Source of the DNA: Mycobacterium leprae TN
GTDB taxonomy: Bacteria > Actinomycetota > Actinomycetes > Mycobacteriales > Mycobacteriaceae
NCBI RefSeq assembly: GCF_000195855.1
Contig: NC_002677.1
Coordinates: 1,080,001-1,112,000 of the forward strand
Direction of reading: 5' to 3'
Length of the DNA stretch: 32,000 bases
This document shows positions 29,909-32,000 of the stretch, piece after piece; position 1 is the first letter of the stretch, and each line of letters begins with the position of its first letter. The notes beneath the pieces are model-generated. The model saw only the letters and a list, made by a program, of their open reading frames with translations. It ran no database searches and was not told the DNA's origin. Made by a program: the position numbers and the translations under genes.

Positions 29909-30188
29909 TGTGAGCACAGAACCTCGGTGGACCGAAGCACAACGGCTTGTCACTCTCGCGGCGATCGACATTGTGAAGACGTTTTTCAAGGCGGACCGAG
30001 ATGCCGCGGGTGCCAAGATAAACGAGTATCTCAGGCGGATCGGCAGTGAGGGCGTAATTGCGGGTTACAACGGCCTGTGCGGGATGCTCGTCAAGCACGT
30101 TGCCGAAGTGACCGGTGAAGACCCTATGGCGGTTGTCTATCGGGCCGAGGAGACTGCACGCAACGTGTTGCCGGAAGAGGAGGAGTGA
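29892..30188 (+). CDS. Hypothetical 98-aa helical, acidic-tailed protein (orphan)
   Basis: An intact ORF with protein-like composition (…RWTEAQRLVTLAAIDIVKTFFKADRDAAGAKINEYLRRIG…VVYRAEETARNVLPEEEE) and moderately GC-biased third positions, surrounded by decayed DNA. I recognise no family. Confidence 0.35.
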   Translation: MEHFLDVSTEPRWTEAQRLVTLAAIDIVKTFFKADRDAAGAKINEYLRRIGSEGVIAGYNGLCGMLVKHVAEVTGEDPMAVVYRAEETARNVLPEEEE

Positions 30189-32000
30189 TCGGGCGCGTTG
30201 TTTACTGTGGGATCTCAATACAACACCACACCTGGGGTCCTTCGAAATTTGGTCAAAGCCAATCGTGCCGGCGGTCGTTCGGACACGTTAGCTGCATGCT
30301 GGGGGTGCTGGAGGCACGCTACAATGTATTAGCAGCATTTGCTATATACACTGGAATGAAATTTGTTTCAACCTTTATTTCTTTGCATGATTATTATGCT
30401 ATATTTATGGCAAACTCGATTGTGTGATTTATTACGACATCTGAAGGAAATTTTTATTCCTATAGCTTACACTACTGCTAGTGTCTGGGTTTGTGACTGC
30501 TTTAGCTGCAATATAGTTGCTTAATCAATAATATCTCTGAAATCCTCTATTATTTTCGGTTTGGAAATGCTGGCGGAAAGATCGACTGTTAGTGTCTGGT
30601 TTCGTGGATATCGAATTTTGCGGTTGACCGTTCGGTATTTCGTAGATAGATTCAATAACGGGAATGCGTAAGCTGCTTTATTGTAACGGGGCTTTCACTA
30701 TGGAATTTATCCCAATGCTTTGGTGGTTGGCTGGAATGGTCGCTATACGGCGTTGATCTTGTCTGGAGGGGGGCTGCTGTATGCGGCTGTGAAACATGGT
30801 GGCGTGTATATCGGTGGCGGGGAACACCTACTAGGCCCCAATTACCTCATCACATGTATCTGCCGGTATTCCCGACCATGGGGGATGGTGCTTTACCTCC
30901 CGATCTGATGCCGTGATCTACCGAGCGGATATTTCTATGACTTGGATCACAATTCTTGGAGTTGTTCATAGGCTTACAGATTGATACCAGAAGTTCTGGT
31001 GGTGCCTTAAATCCTATTTGTAGGGCGTATAATTTTCGGTTTTCACGTGCGTAGATAACCGATAGGTATGTTGTTGCGACAATTTTGCTTAAGGTGGAGA
31101 AAATTCGATGCACATTGCCGAGTACCGGATTTTATCCGGTAACCAAGTACCCTAGTTCTGCCCGCAAAAATAATCGCTTAAGCGAGAGAAATGGAAGCTG
31201 CGAGCATAACGAGGGTTGGCAATGATCTTCATCGTCGTTAAGTTTTAAACCAGACCTGAGTGGAGCAACCGCTGGCGGATTTGGTCGTGTCGTTCATCGC
31301 TGCTACTCGTGCCAAAGTGGGCAATCTGCGATTCGAATGGTCCCGCAGCCTGGACAACTTGGCAGAGTACGTTCTGGTGGACGTTTTCCGTGACGATGAT
31401 ATGGGTGCACCCATGTCAACAGCGATCATTTCACGCAAGCTATGCGGGAGCTGCTGCAGGTACTGAAGTTGATGTCCAAGATCATCAGCCAGATGATGAG
31501 GCGATGGGGGAGATGTCGGTTGACTAGCCGATGATGGTCGATTAACTGCTGACAACCGTTATTCGTCACCCAGCCGATAACTCGGTTCAAAGGAAGTGCA
31601 TCACCGCTCCAAAACGAGCCCGGGTCGAGCCAGTTCAAGTTCTTGTCCGTGACAAGCAATTCCATGTCTTGATAGGTGTCGCCACGGTTTCCGTGAAGTA
31701 TGCCTTCTCTAGAACCATTGTGCACCGTTGATCTTAGCGCCGCTGCATCTTCTTCTGAATCTTCCTGTCCAGCAACGCTAGTAACCCGAATACAGTCGTT
31801 GAGAGTCGGTACACGTCCGCGCAGCCAGCGGCAGGTCAGCTGTACGGGTGGTCGGAAACGCGGTGTCGTTCCTCTGTGCGATCACACGTAGTAGTACATT
31901 ATTTTGTTTACGGCTGGCATATAGCGTCCAGCTGACGCAGCCAGCATCGTTGGGTTCGTTGTAAGATGGTTTGCAGCAGATCGTTAAGCTGAACTATGCG

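Noticed and set aside
31238-31900. Overlapping ORFs on both strands near the window end (e.g. 31426-31725 minus with HGNRGD; 31260-31466 plus)
   Set aside because: I could not assign any family with confidence. The HGN motif alone does not support a metallophosphoesterase call. The region runs off the window, so it is left unannotated.

Overview
This window reads as a Mycobacterium leprae-type chromosomal segment. It carries two copies of the RLEP dispersed repeat. Both primer sites of the commonly used RLEP PCR (as I recall them) lie exactly 129 bp apart at 13264-13392, and again, inverted, in the second copy. Layout: (i) 1-12613 is an intact, almost spacer-free division/cell-wall (dcw) cluster on the + strand: mraY 3' end, murD, ftsW, murG, murC, ftsQ, ftsZ, yfiH-like, ylmE/yggS-like, sepF, ylmG/yggT, wag31/divIVA and a small membrane protein. 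(ii) 12.6-17.7 kb holds a 5'-truncated phosphoribosyltransferase-like pseudogene abutting RLEP copy 1, then intact glnA1 with a strong terminator hairpin, then a decayed LLM-type oxidoreductase, closed by RLEP copy 2 in inverted orientation. (iii) 17.7-25.3 kb is an uninterrupted run of at least seven pseudogenes: DUF732-like, mgtC, NDH-2-like, fatty-acid hydroxylase/ERG3-like, S1 protease-like, TetR, FAD flavoprotein. (iv) 25.5-32 kb is patchy low-GC DNA with a methyltransferase remnant, a 2,383-bp element carrying a frameshifted group II intron-type reverse transcriptase (RT), a PE-family pseudogene, two short overlapping orphan ORFs and an AT-rich gene desert. The most interesting observations are: the inverted RLEP pair bracketing glnA1; the CTAG-bounded RT element, whose GT-rich head and CA-rich tail share co-linear words with RLEP, so RLEP could be an RT-less relative of it; a perfect 22-bp-stem palindrome sitting on the RT catalytic box; and RLEP identity that runs into the start codon of a neighbouring pseudogene. 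All alignments were done by eye and need computational confirmation. No rRNA, tRNA or CRISPR array was recognised.
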